A stretch of 64,000 nt of DNA, from the NCBI GenBank assembly GCA_963758385.1, contig CAVWVA010000002.1, positions 659,393-723,392 of the forward strand. The letters are read 5' to 3'. The position numbers were made by a program, and so were the translations under genes. This DNA comes from an uncultured Acidobacteriaceae bacterium. Lineage in GTDB: Bacteria; Acidobacteriota; Terriglobia; Terriglobales; Acidobacteriaceae. Each line of letters starts with the position of its first letter. The stretch's first letter is position 1. Below are positions 35,569-44,758 of this stretch, one piece after another. Below the pieces are notes generated by a model that was given only the letters and a program-made list of their open reading frames with translations, was not told where the DNA came from and ran no database searches.

Positions 35569-36051
35569 CTACGGATTGAGGATGCGATGTAAATCAAGAG
35601 AGGGCGGCTTGACAGCAGTCTGACTGAGCATCACGTGCACCTGGCCCCGGTGATGCGTCTGGTGGTTGAAGAAATGAAGGGCAGCCGCCGGCGTTGGTTC
35701 CAGGTAAAGCTTACCCTGGTTGTTGATGTAAGAAAGGGATCTTCTGAGGAAATCGTCGTCTCTTGTTGCGAAGAAGTCTTCGATCAACTCGTCTTGTGTC
35801 TCTCTCGCTGCGCGGAGTTCCGCAAACTCATCGAACAGGATAGTGTTCAGCGGTGGTGTCGTATTACCGCCACCGGTAAACCTTGACATCCAGATCCGAT
35901 CGCCCAGCAACATGTGGTTTAGCAGACCATGAATGCTGCCGAATGAGCCAGGGCGCTCCCGCCGGTACTCAACCTCGTCCAGCTGGCTGCACGCCTCGTA
36001 GAGCCGCAGCATTCGCTGTACGGTTGTAGCGGGCAAGCATCCTGAGAGCAT
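35569..36051 (-). CDS. DinB family protein (PF05163-like)
   Basis: [22 protein letters not shown]...[16 protein letters not shown]. Start set at ATG 36051 to avoid overlap with the malate synthase 3' end. Confidence 0.75.
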   Translation of the reverse strand: MLSGCLPATTVQRMLRLYEACSQLDEVEYRRERPGSFGSIHGLLNHMLLGDRIWMSRFTGGGNTTPPLNTILFDEFAELRAARETQDELIEDFFATRDDDFLRRSLSYINNQGKLYLEPTPAAALHFFNHQTHHRGQVHVMLSQTAVKPPSLDLHRILNP

Positions 36052-36067
36052 CGAGCATATCTGCAGG

Positions 36068-37668
36068 TTAATCGATCGAATCGTAAGCAACCGAGGTTAG
36101 AAACTCGGGCAGCTGTTTGGCTGCGATCATCTGCTCGAAAAGTTTGGCGGCTGCAGCAAATTTGCTGGCGGCAAACCGTTCCTCTCCAAGCTCCTGTTTG
36201 ATGCGATCCAGCACCACCGGAATCGTCGACAGAACCATCCGGCACATCGAGCGTCACGCCGTCGGTCATGCGGCCTCCGTGGTGCGCCCATTGCCAAAGC
36301 TGCGCGCGCGAGATCTCCGCCGTCGCCGCATCTTCCATCAGGTCGTAGATGGGAACGCATCCCAGCCCATCCAGCCACGCCGCCAGGTAGCGCAGGCCGA
36401 TATCGATGTTCATTTCCAGACCCTTGCGCGTGATGTCGCCCTCGGGAACAGCCAGCAGGTCAGAGGCTTGAATATGAATGGCGGGATTGCGGCGGGCGAT
36501 CTGGTTGGCGCCCGGCATGTGTTCATCAAAGACAGCCTTGGCTATCGGCACCAGCCCGGGATGCGCCACCCAGGTGCCATCGTGCCCCGCCTTCACTTCG
36601 CGCAGCTTATCCTGCCGCACTCGTTCCATGGCGCGCGTCGTTGGCGGCGGCATCCCGCTTGATGGGGATCTGCGCCGCCATGCCGCCCATCGCGTGGATG
36701 CCGCGCCGGTGACAGGTCTCGATCAGCAGTTCCACGTAGGACTTCAGGAAGTGCCGGTCCATGGTGATGGTGGAGCGGTCGGGAAGCGCCAGGTCTTCGC
36801 GATAGCTGAACTTTTTGATGAAGCTGAAAATGTAATCCCAACGGCCGCAGTTCAAGCCGGCGGAGTGGTCCTTCAGCTCAAAGAGAATCTCATCCATTTC
36901 AAAGGCCGCGGGCAACGTTTCGATGAGCACCGTGGCGCGAATCGTGCCGCGCGGAATGCCCAGCGCATCCTGGGAAAAGTTGAAGACGTTGTTCCACAAG
37001 CGCGCTTCTCGATGGCTCTCCATCTTGGGCAGATAAAAGTAAGGCCCGGTCCCGCGTGCTTTCAGGGCCGCCGCGTTGTGGAAGAAGTACAAACCAAAAT
37101 CGAATAGCGAACCCGAAATGGGTTGGCCCTGAACCAGGAGGTGCTTCTCCGGCAAGTGCCAGCCGCGCGGCCGCACAAAAAGCGTAGCCGTCTTTTCGTT
37201 GAGCTTGTACTGCTTGCCTTCGGGACTGGTGAAGCTGATCTCGCGCCGCACGGCATCGCGCAGGTTTACCTGGCCATCGATTACGTTGCGCCAGGTGGGT
37301 GAGGTCGAGTCCTCAAAATCTGACATGAAAACATTGGCGCCGGAGTTCAGCGCGTTGATCACCATCTTGCGATCGACCGGCCCGGTGATCTCCACCCGGC
37401 GGTCTTCAAGATCGGCCGGTATGGGTGCGACGCGCCATTCACTCTGGCGGACGGACGCCGTTTCCGGGAGAAAGTCGTAGAGCTTTCCCGCGCGCAGTGC
37501 TTCTGCCCTGGCCACGCGCGCTGCCAGCAGACGCTGCCGCTCCGCCTCGAAGTTGCTGGCCAGCGAGCCAAGAAATTCGAGCGCTTCCGGGGTCAGGATC
37601 TCCGCTTCCGCGGGTCCTTGTGCACCTTCGATTTTCACTGTGGGAGCCGTTACCGTCGAGTCCGTCAT
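36068..37668 (-). pseudogene. aceB: malate synthase A with two frameshifts (~36633 and ~36239)
   Basis: Track ORFs 36607..37668 and 35919..36653 carry consecutive malate-synthase sequence (..[18 protein letters not shown] | [28 protein letters not shown]..). The last 57 aa, [22 protein letters not shown]...[11 protein letters not shown], are in the third frame and end at TAA 36068-36070. Confidence 0.75.
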
Positions 37669-37703
37669 GATATCTCCGCAAACGGTATTTTACGGTATCC
37701 GGT

Positions 37704-39068
37704 TCAAGCGTGCTCGCGTTGCTGTTTCCCGTTCATGCCAGCCAGGGGAACGTTGCGAATGGAGGCGTCCAGCAGCTCCACCATGTGGAAGGCGGGCATG
37801 TGCGTCGAGCCCGCGGCGGCGCAGTGAACTCATCAGTTGCAGCAGGCAACCGGGGTTGGCGGAGATCACGGCTTCTGCCTTGGTCGCCAGCAGGTTCTCT
37901 ACTTTGCGGTCGCCCAGTTGATTTGCCGGCTCGGGGTGGAGCAGGTTGTAGACTCCCGCGGAGCCGCAGCACAGCGAGGCTTCTTCGATTTCCGCAACTT
38001 CGAGGCCCGGAATCGTGGCCAGCAGGCGCCGCGGTTCTGCGTGGATAGCCTGCGCATGCCGCAGGTGGCAAGCGTCGTGGTAGGCCACCCGCATGGGTAG
38101 AGGGTGGCGCGGCGAACGCGCGGGCAGCTCGCATAGAATCTCCGAGATGTCTTTGCACTTCGCGCTGAAGGCAGCCGCGCGCGCGGCCCACGCGGGATCG
38201 TCGCGCAGCAGGTGGCCATATTCCTTCATGGTCGATCCGCAACCTGCGGCATTGATCACGATCGTCTCGACGTCGGCCGCCTCAAAAGCAGCGATCATCT
38301 GGCGCGCGAGCGCGGCGGCCTGCTCATCGAGACCGGAGTGCAGCATGAGCGCACCGCAACACTGCTGCGCCTGGGGAATAATTACTTCGCAGCCTTCCGC
38401 GGCCAGCACTCGCGCCGTGGCCTGGTTGACGTGTTGAAAAAATACCTGTTGCACACAGCCGGAGAGCATGCCCACCCGCCGCCGGCTTCTCCGAAAGGGG
38501 CGCAACCTGTGCAGGGAGTCCTTGCAGAAAGTGTGTAGGCACGCGTGGCAGCAGCGATTCCATCTGCGCCAGCCGTTCGGGCAGCAGACCGCAGCAGGCC
38601 GCTGGCGCGCAGTAGTTTTTGCAGGCCGAAGCGCTGGTAGACCAGCATGGGCAGGGCCAGCAGGCGCAGCCGGTTGACATAAGGAAAGGTGGCGAAGAGC
38701 AGCTTGCGGAACAGGCTGTCCGCGGTGGTGCGCGGGATATTGCGTTCCACTTGCGCTCGCGTGTCTTCGATCAGCTTGTTGTACTGCACTCCCGAGGGGC
38801 ATGCGGTCATGCAGGCCATGCAGCCCAGGCAATTGTCCATGTGCAAGGCGAAGCGCTGGTCGAGGGGCGCCTCGCCCTGGGCGGATTTTTTCATCATGTA
38901 GATGCGGCCCCGAGGCGAATCCATCTCCTCGCCCCAGAGCACGTACGTGGGGCAGGCGGGCAGACAGAAGCCGCAGTGCACGCAGTCATCAATCAGCGCC
39001 GTTTCCGGCGGCTTATGTGCGTCAAAGTTCGAGGGCTTCGGTGGTTCGAGCTGCGTTAGTTGTGCCAT
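37704..39068 (-). pseudogene. glcF: glycolate oxidase iron-sulfur subunit GlcF with three frameshifts (~38588, ~38482, ~37803)
   Basis: The N-terminal 2x[4Fe-4S] motifs are [12 protein letters not shown] and [12 protein letters not shown]. The sequence continues through track ORFs 38382..39068, 38324..38680 and 37690..38832. The final 31 aa, HMPAFHMVELLDASIRNVPL..*, are in a further frame and end at TGA 37704-37706. Both CCG-domain motifs (CCGA, CCGSAG) are present. Confidence 0.75.
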
Positions 39069-39092
39069 GGATTCTCTTTACTTCGCTAAAAA

Positions 39093-40307
39093 CTAAATCC
39101 CGCCAAGAAAACGCCCCGGATTGAGCACGCCATCCGGGTCAAAGCGGCGCTTGATCTCGCGCATCAGAGGAAGGCTATCCGGCAGAGTTCCCCAACAATC
39201 CAGGTTCGCATCCGCAGGCTGTTTAAGGATCATCAAAGACCCACCTGCCTCCTCCAGATCGTGCCGCAACTGCGGAAGCTTTGTAGCGGCGGTCGCAGGA
39301 AAGCTCGCCCACATGATCCCTGTCGCCTGTGTCACCGACTCGCCTCCCATGGCGCGAATATTCTCCGCAAACTGCGCGATTTCCGAGGGAAGCATCGTGG
39401 CCTTGCAAGCGAAATCCCCGGCAAATTGTTGCTGCCGCGCGTCCCACACCGCTGTGGGCGCGCCCTCTAACGCAAGGCCTGTAACCCGCGCCAGGGAATT
39501 CAGCAAATCAGCTTGCGTGTGCAGAACCTCAGGCAGAGAGGCGAGTTGGATGTCGAGATGAAATCCCTGCGCCGAACCCCGCAGCTGGATTGACACCGTG
39601 CTCAATTGTTCGTGGAGCAGCGCGAGCAGAAATTCACCCAGCGGTTCCGCGGCCGGCGCGGAGAGACTAAAACTCTGCGTACTCAAGGGAATCGAATGCA
39701 AGCGAAAGTTGACTGAAGTAACCACGCCAAGCGTGCCAAACGCGCCGATCATCAGCTTATGCAAGTCATACCCGGCAACGTTCTTCACGACCTTGCCGCC
39801 AGTGTGGGCAATCGTGCCGTCGGCCAGCACAATCGTCATCCCGATAATCAGATCGCGAAGCCCCCCATAACGCAGCCGAAGAGCGCCGGAATCATTTGTG
39901 GCGACGATGCCGCCTACCGTCGCCCGCTCGGGCCAAAGCGGATCGAGCGCGACCTACTGACCATGTTGCGCCAGCGCAGACTGCATCGAAGCCCAGGTGC
40001 AACCGGCTTCGACGGTGCACGTCATGTCCTGCCAGGTATGTTCGCGGATCAGATTAAGGCGATGCAACTCCAGTACAATTTCCGGTTTCACCGGGTAGCC
40101 CCAACCTTGTTTCGTGCCCCCACCCCACGGAACCACAGCGTAATGATTGGCTTGCGCACAGCGAAGAACGCCCGCAACTTCTTCGCTGGTAGCGGGAGCG
40201 ACCACGACGGCGCTCCCTTCGGTTCGCACGTGCTCAGGGCCAGTAATGGCTGCCAGGGGATTAGCGACGGCTTGCGTGTTGGTTGGGGCACCGGTCATAT
40301 TTTGCAA
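39093..40307 (-). pseudogene. glcE: glycolate oxidase FAD-binding subunit GlcE interrupted by an in-frame TAG at 39954-39956
   Basis: Track ORFs 39954..40307 and 39093..39839 are in the same frame. The gap reads ..ALAQHGQ*VALDPLWPERATVGGIVATNDSGALRLRYGGLRDLIIGMTIV.., a continuous FAD_binding_4 (PCMH) sequence. An alternative start is ATG 40298. Confidence 0.7.
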
Positions 40308-40323
40308 CTGCTACGGAGGCAAA

Positions 40324-41775
40324 TTAGAAAAATTCCGCAACCCCTGCTGTCTCTAATGGGTGAGGGGTATATTTGCCCGTTTTCTCGCCGCACAGCCGGG
40401 GTCGAGGGAAAAGCTTATCGGGGTTAGCAATATTGTCCGGGTCGAAACTGCAGCGTACCCGTTGCATGGTGTCCAGGTCGGGCTCGGAAAACATATATCC
40501 CAGGGCCTGCTGCTTCTCCCGTCCCACGCCGTGTTCACCGGTAATGGAGCCGCCATGGTCGACGCACAAGTAAAGTATGCGCATCGAAAGATCGAGAGCA
40601 ATCTCTTCCTGCCCGGGGATCGACGCGTCATAAAGCACCAGGGGATGCAGGTTGCCATCGCCCGCATGAAAGACATTGCAGACGCGCAGACCAGTCGCTG
40701 CCGCCATTTCCGCAACCTGTTCCAGCACAACAGGCAACTTGGTGCGCGGTATCACACCATCCTGCACGATGTAGTCGGGCGACAGGCGGCCCGCCGCGGC
40801 AAACGCGGCTTTGCGGCCTTTCCACACCAGCAGCCGTTCCTGTTCACTCTGCGCCAGCCGATCCTCCCATGCGCAATTTTTCTTGCAGAGTTCGCGTACC
40901 TGTTGCATCTGCAGACCGACTTCGGCGGAAGGGCCGTCCAACTCCACCAACAGCAGAGCTTCGCACTCGGGATAGTGAGGATGCACCGCGGCCTCGGCGG
41001 CCTGAATGGCGAGGCGGTCCATGATCTCCATCGCGGCAGGCAGAATCGACGCAGCAATAATGTCCGATACGGTTTGTCCCGCGGCCGAGATCGAGTCAAA
41101 GGCGGCCAGCAAAACCTGGATTGTCTCCGGGCGCCGCACAAGGCGCAGTGTCATGGAACTGGCAACGCCCAGTGTCCCCTCAGAACCAACGAACACCCCG
41201 GCCAGATCGTAACCGGGAGCATCGAGCGTGGAGGCTCCAAGATGCACAAGCTCACCCGTGGGCAAAACCACTTCGAGCGCCAGCACATGGTTGGTGGTAA
41301 ATCCATATTTGAGGCAATGCGCTCCGCCGGAGTTTTCCGCGACATTGCCGCCAATTGTGCACACCGTCTGCGAAGAGGGATCGGGCGCGTAGAAGTGGCC
41401 CGCCCCGGTCACGCGCTGGGTGACGTGCGCGTTGATTACGCCGGCTTCTACGGTAATCCGCTGGTTTGGCATGTCGGTAGCGAGCACGCGCGTCATGCGG
41501 GCAAAGCTGATTACGATGCCCTGGTCATCGGGAAGCGCCCCTCCCGAGAGGCCGGTGCCGGCGCCGCGGCCTACAAAAGGTATGTGGTGGCGGGCACACA
41601 CGCGTATCACCGCTTGCGCTTGTGCCGTGGTGCGGGGCAGAACCACCGCTGCCGGCACGCTTCGCAGTGCCGCCAGGGCGTCGCACTCATAGGTCTGCAA
41701 CTGGTTGCGGTCGACAATAAGGCCGTCAGCCCCCACGGCCTCCCGTAACTCGGTGATGATGGCGGTAGAGAGCAT
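40324..41775 (-). CDS. glcD: glycolate oxidase subunit GlcD (FAD-linked oxidase)
   Basis: 483 aa and intact. The FAD-binding region is VVLPRTTAQAQAVIRVCARHHIPFVGRGAGTGLSGGALP and the C-terminal FAD-oxidase domain reads GSITGEHGVGREK. Confidence 0.85.
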   Translation of the reverse strand: MLSTAIITELREAVGADGLIVDRNQLQTYECDALAALRSVPAAVVLPRTTAQAQAVIRVCARHHIPFVGRGAGTGLSGGALPDDQGIVISFARMTRVLATDMPNQRITVEAGVINAHVTQRVTGAGHFYAPDPSSQTVCTIGGNVAENSGGAHCLKYGFTTNHVLALEVVLPTGELVHLGASTLDAPGYDLAGVFVGSEGTLGVASSMTLRLVRRPETIQVLLAAFDSISAAGQTVSDIIAASILPAAMEIMDRLAIQAAEAAVHPHYPECEALLLVELDGPSAEVGLQMQQVRELCKKNCAWEDRLAQSEQERLLVWKGRKAAFAAAGRLSPDYIVQDGVIPRTKLPVVLEQVAEMAAATGLRVCNVFHAGDGNLHPLVLYDASIPGQEEIALDLSMRILYLCVDHGGSITGEHGVGREKQQALGYMFSEPDLDTMQRVRCSFDPDNIANPDKLFPRPRLCGEKTGKYTPHPLETAGVAEFF

Positions 41776-41934
41776 CTGGCTACTATCCTAATCCACCCTT
41801 ACGATCTCCACGTGCCAAGGCAGAGCGGGGGGTGCTAGTTCAAAGCGCCCACGAGCGCTGCGCAGTCCGCTAGAATAGAGCCGCTGTCCTCGCGGTCGTA
41901 GAATTCCCTAGTTCCCAGGAAAGAGCCGCCCTGA

Positions 41935-43611
41935 ATGAGCCCAGTTTGGCCCCAAAGCTACTCCCTCTTCGGGCGTGGCCTCGCACTTTCCGCGGCGATC
42001 GCCTCTTTACCTATTCTTACCTTGCTTTTTCTGCTCGGTGTCCGTCGCAAGCCGGCTTGGTTCGCTGCTCTGAGCGCATTGGTAGTCGCGCTCGCGCTCG
42101 CTCTCTTCGCCTACAAGTTGCCCCCAGCGCTGACTCTAAGCTCCGCCGCCCTTGGAGGCGCCTTCGGATTATTCCCTATCTCCTGGATCGTGTTTTGGGC
42201 GATTACCCTATATCGAGTCACCGTCGAAACGGGCAAGTTCGAAATCATCAAGACGTCCATGGGGAACCTCACCAGCGATGCCCGGCTGCAAGCCCTCTTG
42301 ATCGCCTTTGCCTTCGGCGCATTTGTCGAAGGTGCAGCAGGCTTCGGAACCCCGGTTGCCGTCGCCGCGGCCATGCTGGTCGGGCTCGGATTCTCTCCTT
42401 TTTATGCATCCGCGCTTTGCCTGGTAGCGAACACCGCGCCGGTGGCCTTTGGCTCCATTGGAATTCCCGTGGTTACCCTGGCGGGGATCACCGGCCTGCC
42501 GCTGGATAAGCTAAGCGGCGCCGTGGGGCACATCGTGGCTCCGCTATCCTTGCTTGTTCCGGCGTACCTGGTCTGCATCATGGTGGGTTGGCGCGGCATG
42601 TTAGAGGTATGGCCCGCGGTGCTCGTCGTCGGCGGGGTATTCGCTTCCACGCAATTCCTCATGTCGAATTATGTGGGCCCACAGCTCGCGGATATTGTGA
42701 GCTCACTGGCCGCCCTGGGTGCGCTGTTAGTGCTGTTGCGCCTTTGGCGACCGGCCGTCATGTGGGATCGGGAACTGGAGCCGGTCGTGCCCCACGGCGC
42801 GGCCCCCGCGGAGAAAAAATTCTCATCCCTCGCGCCCGGCTCTGGCAACACAAAACATTTGCCCGGACAGCTTTTTGCCGCATGGTTGCCCTACGGTCTA
42901 CTGGTGGTCCTGGTCCTGTTATGGGGTTTCAAGCCATTCCAGGCGATACTCAATTCCGCCACCATTAGTTTTGGTTGGCCTCTCTTGCATAATCACGTCC
43001 AGACGATGCCGCCGGTAGTTCTCAGGCCTACGTTGTATAAAGCCATTTACCAGCTCAACTTCCTCTCCGCTTCCGGCACATCTTGCATGTTTGCCGCCAT
43101 GCTCTCGGCTCTGCTGCTGGGGATGCCTCCCGTCGCCTTCGGCCGGTTGTTGCTCTCTGTGTGCCGCGAGCTCTTTTTGCCTACCGTGACCGTCACCGCG
43201 GTTCTCGCCATGGCATTCGTCATGAACTATTGTGGCGCCACGGCCACGCTCGGGCTCGCGTTCGCTGCGTCCGGGTCACTCTTTCCTTTCTTCAGTCCGT
43301 TGTTGGGCTGGCTGGGAGTCTTCCTCACCGGCTCCGACACTTCAGCGAATGCGCTCTTCGGCAACCTGCAGGTTGTAACTGCTGGCCACCTGGGATTCGA
43401 CCCCACTCTCATGGCTGCCGCCAACTCTGCCGGGGGTGTGGTGGGCAAAATGATCAGCGTGCAGAATATCGCGGTCGCCGCGGCGGCCACCGCAATGACG
43501 GTCGCCGACCAGGCAAAGCTCTTTCGTTTTACTCTGCGGCACAGCATCGTGATGGCCACAGCCATCGGCGTAGAAGTCATGCTGTATGCCTACGTCTTCC
43601 ATGTTCGTTAG
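41935..43611 (+). CDS. lctP: L-lactate/glycolate permease (LctP family)
   Basis: 558 aa and polytopic. LctP-type segments include FAFGAFVEGAAGFGTPVAVAAAMLVGLGF and LGWLGVFLTGSDTSANALFGNLQ. It is divergent from the glc operon. Confidence 0.8.
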   Translation: MSPVWPQSYSLFGRGLALSAAIASLPILTLLFLLGVRRKPAWFAALSALVVALALALFAYKLPPALTLSSAALGGAFGLFPISWIVFWAITLYRVTVETGKFEIIKTSMGNLTSDARLQALLIAFAFGAFVEGAAGFGTPVAVAAAMLVGLGFSPFYASALCLVANTAPVAFGSIGIPVVTLAGITGLPLDKLSGAVGHIVAPLSLLVPAYLVCIMVGWRGMLEVWPAVLVVGGVFASTQFLMSNYVGPQLADIVSSLAALGALLVLLRLWRPAVMWDRELEPVVPHGAAPAEKKFSSLAPGSGNTKHLPGQLFAAWLPYGLLVVLVLLWGFKPFQAILNSATISFGWPLLHNHVQTMPPVVLRPTLYKAIYQLNFLSASGTSCMFAAMLSALLLGMPPVAFGRLLLSVCRELFLPTVTVTAVLAMAFVMNYCGATATLGLAFAASGSLFPFFSPLLGWLGVFLTGSDTSANALFGNLQVVTAGHLGFDPTLMAAANSAGGVVGKMISVQNIAVAAAATAMTVADQAKLFRFTLRHSIVMATAIGVEVMLYAYVFHVR

Positions 43612-43636
43612 CAACCTGTATTAGGAGCGATATCTC

Positions 43637-44548
43637 GTGGCAAAGCTAGGATTCTTAGGACTCGGAATCATGGGTGGCCCGATGGCCCGGCATTTGGTCA
43701 TGGGCGGTCACACAGTGGCGGTATGGTCTCACAACCAAAAGAAGGCAAAGGAACTCGCCGACTCTGCAGGGGCCACGTTCTGCGCCACGCCTGCTGAGGT
43801 TGCCCAAAACAGTGAGTGTGCCTTTCTCTGCGTCGGAGATACCGCCATGTCGCGCGGTGTAATTCTGGGAGAACACGGTCTGGTCAGAGGTGCGAAAAAG
43901 GGATTTGTCATTGCCGATTGCAGCACCGTGTCTCCACTTGAGAGCAGCCGCATTGCCGTGGAACTCGACGCGCTCGGCATCGAATTCCTCGATGCTCCCT
44001 GCACCGGCTCCAAAGGCGGAGCGGAAGGCGGGACCCTTACCTTCATGATTGGCGGCAAACCGGAAATCTTTGCCCACGTTAAACCATTCTTCGAGGCCAT
44101 GGGCAAGACTCTCTACTATTGCGGCAAGTCGGGCATGGGCTTGCGCGCCAAGCTTACGCAAAACCTGATACTCGGCAACCTGTTGCAGGCTTTCAACGAA
44201 GGCCTGGTGTTGAGCACCAAGGCGGGTGTCGACCCCGAGCTCATGCTCGACATCCTCAACAACAGCGCGGCGCGGTCTGGCTTGATCGCCATCAAGGCGC
44301 CGGCTGTCTTCAAACGCGATTTCTCCACCAACTTCTCGGTGAAATGGCTGGAGAAGGATATCGGCTTGGCGGTGGACCTCGGCTCCGAGTTGGGTGTCCC
44401 GTTAATGCTTACCGGGCTCACGCAGCAGCTTTACCAGGCCGCGATGGCCAAGGGTTATGGCGAGCAGGATATCTGCGGTTCCATCCGTGTGCTGGAAGAA
44501 TTGGCAGGATGCGAAGTCACGACCGCGAAGGGCGCTTCTTCATCGTAG
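43637..44548 (+). CDS. NAD(P)-dependent beta-hydroxyacid dehydrogenase (3-hydroxyisobutyrate / tartronate-semialdehyde / glyoxylate reductase family)
   Basis: GTG start after AGGAG. The Rossmann motif is LGFLGLGIMGGPMARHL. It also has DAPCTGSKGGAEGGTLTFMIGG and the catalytic-Lys region GMGLRAKLTQNL. Confidence 0.8.
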   Translation: MAKLGFLGLGIMGGPMARHLVMGGHTVAVWSHNQKKAKELADSAGATFCATPAEVAQNSECAFLCVGDTAMSRGVILGEHGLVRGAKKGFVIADCSTVSPLESSRIAVELDALGIEFLDAPCTGSKGGAEGGTLTFMIGGKPEIFAHVKPFFEAMGKTLYYCGKSGMGLRAKLTQNLILGNLLQAFNEGLVLSTKAGVDPELMLDILNNSAARSGLIAIKAPAVFKRDFSTNFSVKWLEKDIGLAVDLGSELGVPLMLTGLTQQLYQAAMAKGYGEQDICGSIRVLEELAGCEVTTAKGASSS

Positions 44549-44676
44549 TTTTGGGAGGTGCTCGTTGTGGATCTGTCAAAGTTACTGCGCAACGCAGTTT
44601 TGTGGGCCATTCAACTCGAAGTGCCTTCCATAGGAGTGCACGAAGTGGTGGCACTAGACTTTGCCGAATAATCTAG

Positions 44677-44708
44677 CAAAACCGCAGAATCTCTCTGCGG
44701 TTTCTTTT
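44677..44708. terminator. bidirectional rho-independent terminator between convergent genes
   Basis: caaaACCGCAGA-atctc-TCTGCGGTttctttt: an 8-bp perfect stem flanked by an A-tract on one side and a T-tract on the other. Confidence 0.7.
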
Positions 44709-44758
44709 CAGTCTCTACGTCCGGGGGAGGTTATTTTCAAATCCTTTGAGAACCTGCG

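Noticed and set aside
35030-39956. The in-frame TAA (35030) and TAG (39954) as programmed recoding or an alternative genetic code.
   Set aside because: Both TAA and TAG clearly terminate neighbouring intact genes (for example the wzc-like gene ends in TAA and GH10 ends in TAG). The two stops differ from each other, neither is TGA (so selenocysteine is excluded), and they occur among many frameshifts, which points to lesions or errors.
40360-41748. 462-aa ORF on the plus strand, the longest unexplained ORF in the track.
   Set aside because: It is exactly antisense to the well-supported glcD gene. Its sequence is Arg/Gly/His/Ala-rich with no motif, as expected for the reverse frame of a GC-rich gene.
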